Notes under the pieces: generated by a model
The model's database searches: none
Told to the model about the DNA's origin: nothing
What the model saw: only the letters and a program-made list of their open reading frames with translations
Source of the DNA: Phoronis australis
Lineage: Eukaryota; Animalia; Phoronida
Assembly (NCBI GenBank): GCA_002633005.1
Contig: NMRA01000544.1
Coordinates: 106,479 to 170,478 of the forward strand
DNA: 64,000 nucleotides
Direction of reading: 5' to 3'
Part shown: positions 11,960 through 24,717 of the stretch, piece after piece
Position numbering within the stretch: position 1 is the stretch's first letter
How the letters are laid out: each line of letters starts with the position of its first letter
Position numbers and translations under genes: made by a program

Positions 11960-14835
11960 GTCAATTAATGTGCAATAATACACAAAACACAATGTATAAT
12001 ATATTAAGTAAATTAATTGACAAAGCGCACAATAAACATGACAAAAAGTCAAATTATATGTACGAAAAATAATATATATGATAAACTGACGATTTAAGCA
12101 GCTGAATACTTGACCTGTTTGAAGTATTGGCGGCCGCCGACTGTCGTCTTCATAATCTTTAGGAGGAACAGATCAATTAAGGTTCATGAAAAATAGAAGC
12201 ATGTCAACAAATATATACCACCCACAACACACATGATCTTAAGTCCATTAATATACAAAACTTTATTTACATGATAACAATTCAAACATTGTACACGACA
12301 CACACAATATACATGATAACAAACAATTAAAGTTCACGACGCTCAATAAACATGATAACAGGTCAATTGATATAAATAACCAACAATCAACATGATAAAA
12401 GTCAGTTGATATACACGACAAATAATATACATGATAACACAGACAATTTGAGTAATTGAATACTTGACCTGTATGATGTCCATCCTGGCGGCCGCCGTCT
12501 GTCGTTTCTCAATCTTAACGAGTTATAGATCAAGCAATGTACATAATTCACAGTTGCAATTAAACAAATATGCACCACCCACAACATATATGGCAACACG
12601 TCAATTAAAATACATCACTTAATACATTTGATAACAATGCAATTAATGTACAAGATACACAATACATGATAACAAGTCAAATAATATGAAGGCTACACAA
12701 TATACATGATAACAGGTCCATTAATATAAACGACACATATTAAATATGATAACAGGTGAATTAATATAGATAATACGCAATAAACATAAAGAACTTCAAT
12801 TGATTTAAACGAATTATAATATACAGGGTAACACTGACAATTTAAGTATACTTGACCTGTTTGATGTCCTGGCGGCCGCCGCCTGTCTTCTTCTTAATCT
12901 TAAGGAGGAATAGGTGAGTTAATGTACGGATTACACAGTAGCAATTCAACAAACATACAACAATTACAACATACATGATACAATGTCAAGTAATATACAC
13001 CACATAAAACCATTGATAAAAATGCAATTAATGTACACGACAAACAATACATGGTAAGAAATTAAATAACATGCACGACGCACAAACATAATAACTTGAC
13101 AATTAATACACACGACACACAATAAAAATGGAAGAAGGTCAATTAATAGAAATATAGCAAACAGTGAACATGTTAAAAAGTCAATTAACATACAGGAAAA
13201 CTAATATACATGATAACACGGAAACTTTAAGTAACACAGTAACTTGACAATTAATACACGCGACACATTATGAAAATGGAAGCAGGTCAATTAATATACA
13301 TAAAACACACAATGAACATGATAGAAAGTCAATTAAAATACACGACAAATATTATACACATATAACACTGACAATTTAAATAGTTGAATACTTGACCTGT
13401 TTGATGTCCTGGCGGCCGCCGTCTGTCGTCTTCTCAATCTTTAGGAGCAATAGGTCAATTAATGTAGAGATTACACAGTAGCAAATCAAGAAATACACGA
13501 CACACACAACATACATGACACAAAGTCAAGTAATATACACCACATAATACCATTGATAAAAATGCAACTTATACTTGTAATGACCTGTTTGATGTCCTGG
13601 CGGCCGCCGTCTGTCATCTTCTAAACCTTAAGGAGGAATAGGGATCAATAAATGTACATGATATTCAGTAGCAATTCAACAAATATACATCAACCACTAC
13701 ATACATGATCACAAGACAATTAAGAGACATCACTTTAAACACATGATAACAATTCCATCAATAAACATGACACACGATACGAAATAAAAAATCAAAAACA
13801 TATATGGTGCACACAAAAAACATGATGACCGGTCAATTAACATACAAAACACACAATGAACATGATAAAAAGTCAATTGATATACACGAAAAATAAAATA
13901 CATGATAACAAAGTCAAGTACTATACACCACGTATAACCATTGATAAACATGCAATTAATGTATATGACACACAATACATGGTAAGAAATCAAATAATAT
14001 GCAAGACACACAAACATATTAAATTGAAAAATAATACACACAATACACAATAAATATGAAACCACGTCAATTAATGTACATAAAACTAACAGTGAACATG
14101 ATAAAAGTCATTTAATATACACGGCAAATAATCTACATGATAACACAGAAACTTTAACAAATTGAATACTTGACCTGTGTGATGTCCTGGCGGCCGCGGT
14201 CTGTCGTCTTCTCAATCTTTAGGAGGAATAGGTCAATTAATGTACAGATTACACAGTAGCAAATCAAGAAATATACAACACCCACAACATACATAATACA
14301 AAGTCAAGTAATATACACCACATAATAACATTGATAAAATTGTAATTAATGTACACGTCAAACAATATATGGTAAGAAATCAAATAACATGCACGACACT
14401 CAAACATAATAACTTGACAATTAATACACACGACACGTAATAAAAATGGAAGCAGATCAATTAATATACATAAAACACAGAATGAACATGATAAAAAGTC
14501 ACTTAATATACACGACAAATATTATACATGGTAACACTGACAATCTAAATAATTGAATACTTGACCTGTGTGATGTACTGCCGGCCGCCGTCTGTCGTCT
14601 TCTCAATCTTTAGGAGGAATAGGTCAATTAATGTACAGATTACACAGTAGAAAATCAAGAAATATACAACACCCACAACATACATGATACAAAATCAAGA
14701 AATATACATCACATAATACCATTGATAAAATTGCAATTAATGTACACGTCACACAATACATGGTAAGAAATCAAATAATATGCACGACACACAAACATAA
14801 TAACTTGACAATTAATACATACGACACGCAATAAA
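11960..14835. repeat. Higher-order satellite: degenerate ~38-bp A-rich monomers punctuated by seven GC-rich ~75-bp cores
   Basis: Core tacttgacctgtttgatgtcctGGCGGCCGCCgtctgtcgtcttctcaatctttaggaggaataggtcaa, with the palindrome or a variant at 12129, 12487, 12871, 13411, 13599, 14189, 14580. Monomer approx. acatgataacaagtcaattaatatacacgacacacaat. Confidence 0.9.
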
Positions 14836-15570
14836 TGTTGATTATTGAACTTACATCAGTGAAATCGATGACTGTTACTTAGTGAAAACCCATGAATCCT
14901 TGTTTTAACTCTTTGCTGGTTTTGAATTGTTTGAAATTGAAACTAGACAAGATCTTACGAGTTTTTACAAAGTTTTCTATTTTTTCAACAAACATGTCTA
15001 CAGAATTTAATACTTTTATAAAAGTAGGTGGTCTTACAATCACGGCCACGTGAACTGTATATTTCCCAAAATTGCAAAAAGAAGGCGTTAATTGAAATGT
15101 TGCCGGACTGCGTTGATATTAGTAACACTTTGATTTTAATTGGTGAACTTAGCTATTGAAAAACTTAGAAAGTTTGCTTTTCGTTTTCCCTTTCAATGTT
15201 CAGGAGATTCCTGCTTTCAATTCGTGATCCAATTATCGTGCACTCAACCGACTTCAAGTTGGGGTCTTTGGAATTTGATTGACAGTACGTTTCAATTTTT
15301 TTTGCGGAGACTCTAATAAATTTTTAGAAAGAATGCATGGACACCCGGCTTTGGGGATTTTTTAGTACCTAGGTCAAGGATCGCGATTTTGTTTTCGATG
15401 TACGAAAAGTTCGGTTTAATTTGAATCTGAGCTCATTCGCCAAAACTCGGGTCCAGCAGTTTTAAAGTCGGCTACATCCTACGTTGGCTTTTAGTTCTAA
15501 CAAGCAAAATTTGCGCCAGCTGTGGTTTTAGGTTTGAACCCGGCTGATCTCAAACGTACAACATCGTAGC

Positions 15571-15808
15571 CAGTGGCAGATCTACGTTTTCAGTAAGGGG
15601 AGATAGGATTCGAGCGAATCCGAGGCCCGTAGCGCCGAGCGGAAGGAAGGTCGGGAGGAGATTTTCCCCTCCCGTTTAAGATTTGTTGTGGTTTTTAGAA
15701 GGTGGTTACGTTTTTCTGGCGGAATTTTTTCAATTTTATTTTTGATCCTGTCCCGACGGGGGGTTTGAACCCCCTGAACCAACCCCCACCCCCCTGTAGA
15801 TCCGCCTG
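15571..15808. mobile_element. Short GC-rich MITE
   Basis: Imperfect TIRs cagtggcagatctac / gtagatccgcctg with internal G and C runs. Confidence 0.6.
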
Positions 15809-18471
15809 TAAGTAGCCTGTATCGTCATTGTCTAGTGAATTATACTCGGAGAGTTGTCGGCACAGTCAGTCGATGTCAGTCTCCACTGAGTATTTTGGTA
15901 AAATAAGAGTCCTGCTCTTACAAAATGTCTTTTCAACAAGTTTGATAATGCTCAAACGACTTCAATCTACTTTTACCAAAAATATATAGATGAATAACGA
16001 GGCGATCTACATGAGAGTTTTGTCCTTTTATAATCCTCGCTTCGTACTGATAATCCCCTCTAACAGTTTGTTTTATGAAGGCTATCTATTGTGTTCCATT
16101 AGTCTACCTCCATATTTTTCATCTAGTACAATTACGTGACACAAAATTTGTTCATGTTATCTATACCCTTGTTTTGCTGCAGATATACATTTCTTTTGTG
16201 CTAAAAACACATGGTCTCGTGATCCAATTAGTGCATATTGGTATAAAGTCAAAAGCATATTTTACAGGATTTTCTACTTTCAGAGAAATTGTGTGCTTTT
16301 ACGAACTTGAATTCTATAGTTTTGTAGACATTTGGCTAATACATGGACAAGTCGATACGGTCCGACATTAACCTTGGTGTAGTAAATGATACGACCAGTC
16401 TACAGCTGCACTAGTTCATTTTTAAGCAATAGACGTCAGCACCGTACGGATGCATTGGCGGGACGTTTCTCGATGCATACATTTAGGTGCATGCCCCATT
16501 CCCCTCCTCATACACAAAAACGAAACAGGTAATGAAAAACGTCATTGTGGCGACCAGCTTTGCAACGACAGGTGATTTGGAACTGCTGTCGACACTGGTG
16601 TTGATCGGTTGGAGGTTGTACCTCATTCCTCCCTGATCCCGCCTTATGGCGTGACTGTTTATTTTCACTCAGGGCCTGATGCCGTCTGGAGGCGTTATCT
16701 AAGCAATGTATCTCACAGGCGGATCACGCCTTCAGGAGGGATAGAAGGCAGCAATTTATTGGTTTAAGTTTAAATATATCTAGGGTATTCCCAGTTTTAT
16801 ATCCAATGAGGATTGAGACACCATACTTTATGTTAACTTCTTGTTTGTAAAGTTAATGCCTATTGGCTGTTATTTCTGGAATTTAGAACCATTTCTTCAC
16901 AAGCAAATTATCAATTCAAGGAAAAACCAGGAAGCGTGTTAGCTTTGTAGTGGTTGTTGTGGTAACTTTTGAAAGGTTATAGAGATATTCCTCCCTGAAA
17001 TATAGTATGTTTGTTTGATTTGAAGACTAGAATGAAGCTAATTGCCCTCAATTGTAGCCTAATTGGTGTTACATAACACTGCTGTCACCACTTAATCATC
17101 TGCTAGGGTGCTCCTGTTTATTTTATTTGAACTGACCAGAAACAATAACAAAATGTTCAATTACTAGGAACATTCTACTCTGTGACTAGCACTGTGCACA
17201 CACTCACTTGAAATTGCTGCCTTGATATTATACGGACATCATCTCTGCTGCTCTCTCACAGTTCTTGAAGTTTTTATTATGGAGGATAGTGTGGATACTG
17301 ATGACACTGGTCACATTTAGATATAGACTTCAGTGATTATGGATATGATAGTGTGGATACTTATAGCACTGAGTGGTCAGATTTAGATACAGATTTCAGT
17401 GATCTAGTTTATGATGAGGATATGCTACACAGAAAACTTTCTTGACATGTTTTCTGGAAATTTAAATGGATTATTTGTAAACAAACGTCTTTGTTTCTGG
17501 AAAACAAAAAGTAAAACTACTTGTTCAACCCTTTATCGATATTGAACTTGGATAAATTTTATATCAACATGAAGCTCATTTACTCAAGATGTATTGCTGA
17601 AAATTTGGTAAGTATATGTTTACTAATGACTGAGTGATGAGGTTTTAATTATGTGCAGTGCTTGTGACCTAGTTCTGAGTGAAATACCCTCCGACTTCAA
17701 GGGGGTAGACATTCCACAGCTCAGCCAGGCCACTAAGCAATTTATTCCATATGGTGCTCAGGGCCGAATGAGTCGTCCTCCGGTCACGAAATGGTATATC
17801 AGGTGCATTTCATATCAGTCTAAAGGTAAGAACATCCAAGGAAATCAAATGCTTCTCGAGAAAAGCTAAGCAAATAAATAGGCCGGCACTTATGATTCCA
17901 AGTGCCACTGTAATGTGGCTGAAGAAAAACATTGTTTTAATATTACGTATGTGAATGGAAGGCTCATAACCCGTTTTTTGATGTTTCTGAAATCTAGTCT
18001 TCATAATCCTATACCTATGCTTACTTTTAGACAATTTGACAAGACGGGATTACAATATTATCAAAAATTGATGACAGAAATATTCCTCCAAAGACTTTTG
18101 CAATCAAAACTTAGGGCGGGAAATTTGCATACCACCAAAATTTACACTGACAACCGTAGGGTTAAATTATCTCCGTTATGGCCAACGCCTTCAATAAATC
18201 TTAAGGGAAAAGGAAATGACATTGGTGAATTTACATAGGAGGTCGGTGCTCACGTACTTGACGAGCCCTGCCCCCATGTGCAGAGATCATTACAGGCCAT
18301 GTTTTAACATGTATTAAAATACGTACACCTATTGTCAACACTCATCAGTGACAATTACTTCGTAAGCCAACAGTAGCGTGTACTATCGGATAGAAGTGGA
18401 CAGGTTATCTCTACTTGTAGGCAGATGCGGCATTTTCAGACGAAAACAGGATGGCTTCATTTTATCAGAGA

Positions 18472-18540
18472 GGACGGTGTGGCGCAGTGCTTTGAGCTTC
18501 AGACTTCCGTTTGTAAGATTCGGGTTCAAATCCTGATTTA
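18472..18540 (+). repeat. tRNA-derived SINE-like head (not a functional tRNA)
   Basis: A-box-like TGGCGCAGTG at 18480 and B-box GGTTCAAATCC at 18523-18533 with tRNA-like spacing. No convincing cloverleaf. Confidence 0.4.
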
Positions 18541-19561
18541 ATTGGCAGACAGTCGAGCACTGCACAAAAGTGTGCCTCCCGACACAGTGCAGGTGTCAGG
18601 ATTAAATTGTAGCAACTGGCATAGGCGAGGGGCCGAGGTCAGTCGAGAAAAGAAAGACAGCGAAACAAGGATTTTAGAGAACATTCAAGAGAATATTTTG
18701 TCAAAGAAGTGCTTGATTTCCCATTTTAGGACCTTATCTAATGTTATTAAGAGGCCCATTTAAAGCATAATGAATTTCCGGGTATAAAAGTCAAGGAAAT
18801 AGTAGGGAATGCAAAACTTTATTTATCCTGCTAGCGAACTCTCTGGCAGTGAATAATGGAGTCATCTGTCGCGTTCTTTTTTTCGTTTTCTTTCCTCAAA
18901 AAATTGAATGTTATTTGATAAAATTTTGAGAACCTGAAGGATTTCACTAATTGCTGCTCATTTCCTGTTTTTGAAATTATAGATCCTTGCACATTTAGGG
19001 GCCCAGCCCTTGGAGAGGGCCCCTTCAGGTTTTTATTGATAAATTATTTGGAGGTAAGACCCAATGAGGGATTCAGTTGCCGTTGTTTTCTTGTTTGTGT
19101 GAAATTGAACAACCTTGTATGTTAAGGAAGGTCGCTCCTTGTGGATGGTCACACGATGATGGAATTGACTGTCATGTTTTTCTATTTTTAATGATATTTG
19201 GGCTTTCCATATGAAGGAGCCTCCAGGATCCCCTCTCGCAAGGGTGGCCCACTGAAATTTCCCCTTTGCCCCTCTGTAAATGCGGCACCGCCAACCATTT
19301 ACGAGGGAAGAAGATAAAATTCCAAATTCAACGAAAAACATAAATCAATTCCATGTAAAGCACAGCAATGTCAAGACGTTCAGCCCAAACAACCAAAAAT
19401 GATTATACTGAAAAATACAATAGAACAGATCGCCATCAAAAGTTTGAAGGAAATATTTTGTCATTTAAACAAAAGCAATTTTCCCTTGGGTTTTGTAACG
19501 ATAACATGCGGATACTTTTCCCACAGTATCTTAAGAATAGCATGTTACTGCAGATTTACTC

Positions 19562-19568
<7 letters not shown>

Positions 19569-19611
<43 letters not shown>

Positions 19612-19641
19612 TGTGTGAGTGTGAGTGTGAGCGTGAGTGTG
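19569..19641. repeat. (GT)n microsatellite grading into (GTGTGA)n
   Basis: Directly visible. Confidence 0.95.
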
Positions 19642-19707
19642 GGTGTTTTGATCATATTAGTTTTCTGTACGACCGTAAGATGGCGTGTATTGAAATTTAA
19701 GGATCTG

Positions 19708-19956
19708 GGGCCTGTTCCAAGAAACTGACTTAAGTTCATTTTTGACTTAAGTTTAAGATTTGTCTTAACTTCCAAACTTTGAAACTTCCACATTAGGCAA
19801 GTAAGTCAAAATTAAGACAAAACTTCTGTCAAACACTTAAAACAAACTTAAGATCTCTTTCTTGAATTGGTTTTGAGACAAATTTAACTTTTATTTATAA
19901 AATTTACAAAAACTTAAGATTTGTCTTAGCTAAGTCAGTTTTGTTGGAACGGGCCC
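19708..19956. mobile_element. PIF/Harbinger-like MITE
   Basis: TIRs gggcctgttccaagaaactgactta / taagtcagttttgttggaacgggccc, flanked by a 3-bp CTG duplication (19705-19707, 19957-19959). Confidence 0.75.
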
Positions 19957-22900
19957 CTGGCGTGAAATTTGAAAGCCGCCTTTATCTCGGTATGTTGAGG
20001 TGTCAAGTCATCTCATGGGACTTCAACTGGTTTTGGAAGTTGTGTAGGGATCATATCGACGTGAGTTTGACTTTCTTTGTATATAACTTTTGGACTGTCG
20101 TAAAAAGTAAAGTTAAAGCGTATAATATTTATTATGTCCTTGTGAAAAGATTTTTACTGAAGGGAATGACTTTAGCAAGCGATCTTCAGCGTCAATGTAA
20201 GGCGTTTAACAACCAATAAAAGTCAGGATAAAGTCAATCCCTTGTCTTATTTTTGCGTGACCAAATCTGCCGTCAAATATTGAAAATCATCACTGGGAGT
20301 TGTTTGCAAGAAACTCACACGTGTCGAACAAACTGTTAGGGTGTGTACGATTTTTGCTTACGGTGTACTGAGCACATGTACATGTCTAATGGATTCAGGT
20401 ACTGCCAATCATAAATATTATTTATGGCGTTCAAGCTTAACCATAAACCGTAATACCTATCTCTATTCTGTATCAAAATACACGTGGTTTACACCAATAA
20501 ATTAAGAATATTTCTTGGAGGGCGCCCTAAATACCCTGGGATACCCTAAATCCCATGTTCATCCGGTTATCCGTCAATAATCTGCAATCATGTCTTCGGG
20601 AATTGCTCATAATATTCAGTAATTGTTTCTATAAACGACGCCGATTGGTTTCTGATTTGCAGTTTAAGTATTCACGAAAGGTTTGGCGAAATCGAATTGG
20701 TTTGTACCGCTCCCCTCCTCCCCCTCCCCCTAATTAATTGCCTACTTCTTCTGCTTCGGCTTTCTCGCAAATTACCCCTTTGCCGAACTATAGTAGTTGA
20801 GGAGATTCGCGGAATGTTGTCAGTGACGGTCGATTTTCACATTTTGTTTGGTAGGTCTGGAGGAGCCGAATCGAGGGAAAGACTGTGCGGGTCGTGACGC
20901 TGATTCACCGGGATGGCTGACAAATATTATATATCCATTAAAATCAATGATTGTATGCTACAGTTTTGCCGGCCCCAGCAGCTTAAGACCTCATGCGTGA
21001 CATGGACTCCCAGTCTCTACGTCACAGAGGTCCACAAAAATCGTAGCTGACCGGGGGATGGGGGGTAGCTGAAAAATCGTGACGTTCGGGAGTGAAAATG
21101 TGAAAATTTGAGCCCGGTCTCATAGCCACAGGCGCCCCTTGAAAGTTTTGGAAATCGTGGAGGAGTTCGAAAATTGTGGTGAAGAGAAGAATTGTAGCGA
21201 TTAGGGCCTCCAGACTTTTTGTAACTTGGGAGCCCCGAGAAACCTCAATCTGGCATCTTCTTGATAAACAAGGCATCTTTGGCAAATCGGATTTTCCCTT
21301 CCGCTTTTATCGTAATTCCGATGCGTATCAGTTTATAAAGACAGTTATTTGTCAACTGACCAGTTTTTGTGGCTTTTCTCGCAGGACCGTGTACCACCAG
21401 TGAAGCACGACTGAACTCGATGTTTACAAACAGTGTTCCACTATAGTGGCCTATATTTGTCTGGTTATTGTCACGTGGCCTGATAAATCAAAACTATAAA
21501 GCACCACTCGCGTGTTGACCCATTCCAGTCGTCGTGGTTTGATTGCGATCTTTGGTTCGGAGTGATTGTAAAGTTTGCACTTCAGCTGGTGAGTACGAGC
21601 TCTCTTGTGAGCTTTCCGTGTGTATGCAATCCAAGTTCTCGTTGGTGTTTTCAATTCTGTATTAGAGTATCTCTGTAAATTTTTGGGCATCTTCAACCAA
21701 TCTCAAATATCATTTTGGTCCCCGCTACAGAATTGAGATAGACATTGGAAGTGAATTGGGGGGCACCTTATTTTCACTGCAGTTTCTGGTTGAAAACCAA
21801 CCAAGCTGCATCATTGTCCTAGATGCTCGTCGCATTATGACTTGCCGTGAAAAGCCAATCTGGTTTCGAGCGATAACGAACTGCTAACACTAAGCCTAGA
21901 AACCATAACCTGAATGCATAATATGATTGAAGCTACAAAGTTTTTAGCTGTTTTAGAAACGCTTAGTATGATCATTAAAGAAAAATTTAGCTATGGTGAT
22001 GTTTTTTGGCTTAAAAGTATAATAAACTAATCCTCCTGCTGCCACGTGTTAGGCACCATTGGCGTCCCATGCACTTGAGTGACAGAAGCAGCATTCATTT
22101 AAAAACTCGTACTTTCTTTGTGACAGATAGGATATTCTAATTGTGATTCTTACTGGATGGTCCTTCCTGCATTTGTGTAACTCGCCTAAAGTATAGGTCA
22201 CGTTTGCATGTCAGTACGGACTTTGTGAGGAATTTTCAAGTTTAGCGCGAATTTTTTTAGGATTGTCGAGGGTTGGCAGAGCCCACTGTTTTGTTTCAGA
22301 GAACTGGAAGAGGAAGTTATTTTTAATTTCTGTTAATAAACCAAAACCGGGTTTGGTGCCCTTTCTAATGAACCGCTTCATTCTTATTTCGTCTTACTTT
22401 AGTTGTCCGTTTTTGAACCGCCGATGTATCCCGCAAAAGGTAACTTATAGTAAACCATGAGTCTCAGTGGCCAATAACAAACAGGGACATAGGTGTGGAT
22501 CAATCTTGTCCAGTTACTGATAGCTAGTTGCCCAGGTTACCACCATTATCTCTCCCCCGCAGCCTCCATAACTCCTTCATCAGTTGCGTCAGTCGTAAAA
22601 CTTACAATTCCCACCGATGTCCATCTTGGTTTCTCAGTTCTCTGACACTGCAAATTTATGGGTGAGCCCGGTGCGATACCCGTCGCGCTTCCCTGCGATC
22701 CCATGCTGGCACTTAAGGTACGAAGTCTCACGGTCAAGTACCAATAGAGATTGTTATTTATTGTATGCCATTAATTCTGTGCAGTGACGGCCCTGGAGGG
22801 TTGGAGCAATGCTTGAGTGTTGGCTTTGTGGCATCTTTCGTGCGCGTTTTTGCCTCGTTACACCTGTTGATAATTTGCTGCAGTACTGGTGAATAAGATA

Positions 22901-23108
22901 CGAGAGATTTCAATGATTGCAACTACTAATTAATTTAAATAGTCAGTTGTTTCTATGTTCACTAGGTGGGACGTATGTATCTGTGTGTGCAACCCCATCC
23001 CCACCCTCCCCTGGTGCAACCTCGAAAAAATGAAGTTAAAATTGACGACAAAATGGAAAAATGTCGCGTCATTCGGAGTTTCTCTTACGGCAGGTCTAAA
23101 GAGGGGAC

Positions 23109-23309
23109 ATGCTGCGAAATTTGAAGGTGGCCAGCCGCTACGCTGGGAGCGTTAAGGCTTGTATTCTCGACTGGAGCGGAACTACTGCCGACAAATATGT
23201 GATTGCGCCGGCCATAGTGTTCTATGACGTATTCAAGAAACATGGAGTTGAAATAACAATGGAGGAAGCACGTTTGCCAATGGGACTGAGGAAAGACTTG
23301 CACATAAAG
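23109..23309 (+). CDS. phnX: Phosphonoacetaldehyde hydrolase (phosphonatase, HAD family), coding exon 1 of 5; 281 aa total
   Basis: ACILDWSGTTAD (HAD motif I, cf. DWAGT) and EEARLPMGLRKDLHIK (Schiff-base Lys region). Donor aag|gtaact, phase 0. An acceptor-like ttctcttacggcag at 23093 suggests an upstream UTR exon. Confidence 0.92.
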
Positions 23310-23439
23310 GTAACTATGTTTCAGTGGGTAGAGGCACTAAGCATTCTGCTTGAGGTGCATTTAAACTATCGCTTCAACCCGCGTTCCTATAAGTTATAGT
23401 CGTTTTAAATAATGTTCACGAAAACAACAACGGATTTAA

Positions 23440-23487
23440 AACTTGACATGTTTCGGTGTCATTTATTAAACACCATCCTCAGAAGTC
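23440..23487 (-). ncRNA. Minimal type I hammerhead ribozyme (inverted copy)
   Basis: Reverse complement reads gactt CTGAGGA t ggtgt ttaataaatg acacc GAAA cat GTC aagtt. Confidence 0.8.
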
Positions 23488-23519
23488 ATAGTACAGTGGC
23501 CACCTAGCTAGGCCCAGCT

Positions 23520-23789
23520 GGATGTGGCTCCAGTTATATAGGCGAAACTGTTCGCCATTTGAAAACCAGGACCAAGGAACATCTAAATTCTGACAGTAAT
23601 TCACATGTAAATATTCACCTGCAGAGCTCCAATCATTGTTATCAGCAGTGCTCTTTCAATGACTTTGCAATAATAGACCAGGCAGTAACAACAAAGGAGC
23701 TTAAAATTCGTGAGGCTTTACATATCAGTTGGTGCAAGCCCAATCTCAATAGGCAACTGACACACCACAGGTTGTCATTGTTGGTATAG
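23520..23789 (+). pseudogene. C-terminal GIY-YIG endonuclease fragment of a Penelope ORF
   Basis: GCGSSYIGETVRHLKTRTKEH...SHVNIH...LKIREALHISWCKPNLNRQ, matching the YIGET-R-R-EH...E...P.LN pattern. Confidence 0.9.
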
Positions 23790-23869
23790 TTCATTGTCAC
23801 TCCCTGTAACTGACTGTATCTGTGCTTCATTACTTGTTGCTGGGCCTAGCTAGGTGGCCACTGTACTAT

Positions 23870-23917
23870 GACTTCTGAGGATGGTGTTTGATAAATGACA
23901 CCGAAACATGTCAAGTT
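23870..23917 (+). ncRNA. Minimal type I hammerhead ribozyme, sense to the host pre-mRNA
   Basis: Stem I gactt/aagtt, core CTGAGGA 23875-23881, stem II ggtgt/acacc, GAAA 23903-23906, palindromic stem III ACATGT, cleavage triplet GTC ending 23912. Confidence 0.85.
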
Positions 23918-24717
23918 TTAAATCCGTTGTTGTTTTCGTGAACATATGCTGTTACTTGCTATCATGGAGACGTTTTAAATAAGCAGTCACAACGTCTTGC
24001 TGAAATTTTCTGCAATTGCGTGAACAGGCCGAGGGGAAGAGAAATCTCCCTCAAAAATGGAGCAACGCATAAATGTATTTTGTGCCTTCTGTTTCGGATT
24101 AAAAATTTTGAACAAATCTCAAACATGATCGAGTTACTACAGATTTTTTTTCAAACATGTTCGTGTGTAGGCTCCAACTTCGTTAATACAGTGTCTGTCA
24201 CTGATTATATCAGAGGTTTTCACGCAAAATGGCCACGGTGTATAAATTGGGGAGTTTGTGTACGTTTTTCAAATTGCGCTGTCACGTTCTCTTCTGTGAT
24301 CAGACTCCACAGATTAGCTGATTTTGATTGACTTCGCCGGTTTCACCGATTCAACCGGGTAAGAGTGTTTCTCAATAATAAGTTCCGACTTAGAGACCAA
24401 TCGTACATGACAATATAACGCCGTCCAAACAGACTTACCCTTGAGCAAATTACTCCTGGAACGACTTGTCGCGAGGTTGGGGTTGTGTGAACTCTAGTTA
24501 AACCAATACAACTTGCCCCACTTGTGACAACTTTTAATTGCTCCACCTTTACTGGGGAAGGGTATTACCCTTTTTCTAGACTAACTTTCGCCACTTCTAA
24601 TCGCTGCGTGACCACAATCCTGTGGAAGAAATTATCAGCTGCGGTCACATAACAGATTCTCATCAGTTGTTCATTGTCATGAACGGAGTAAACTTTTACG
24701 TCTTACTCTAGAGAATT

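Larger units (their letters stand above)
23413..23970 (+). mobile_element. Penelope-like element 3' remnant with inverted pLTR, in phosphonatase intron 1
   Basis: 12-bp TSD cgttttaaataa (23401-23412, 23971-23982), 106-bp inverted arms 23413-23518 / 23839-23944 with one mismatch, and a GIY-YIG fragment between them. Confidence 0.92.

Noticed and set aside
11960-14835. CRISPR-like, SECIS-like or hammerhead reading of the satellite cores
   Set aside because: Spacers are long and mutually homologous, there are no cas genes and the context is eukaryotic. No apical AA at SECIS distance, and the CUGANGA/GAAA cores are absent.
17279-17445. ~63-bp duplication encoding an acidic Asp/Ser-rich peptide after an acceptor-like site
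   Set aside because: Frame broken by stops, and no partner exons found.
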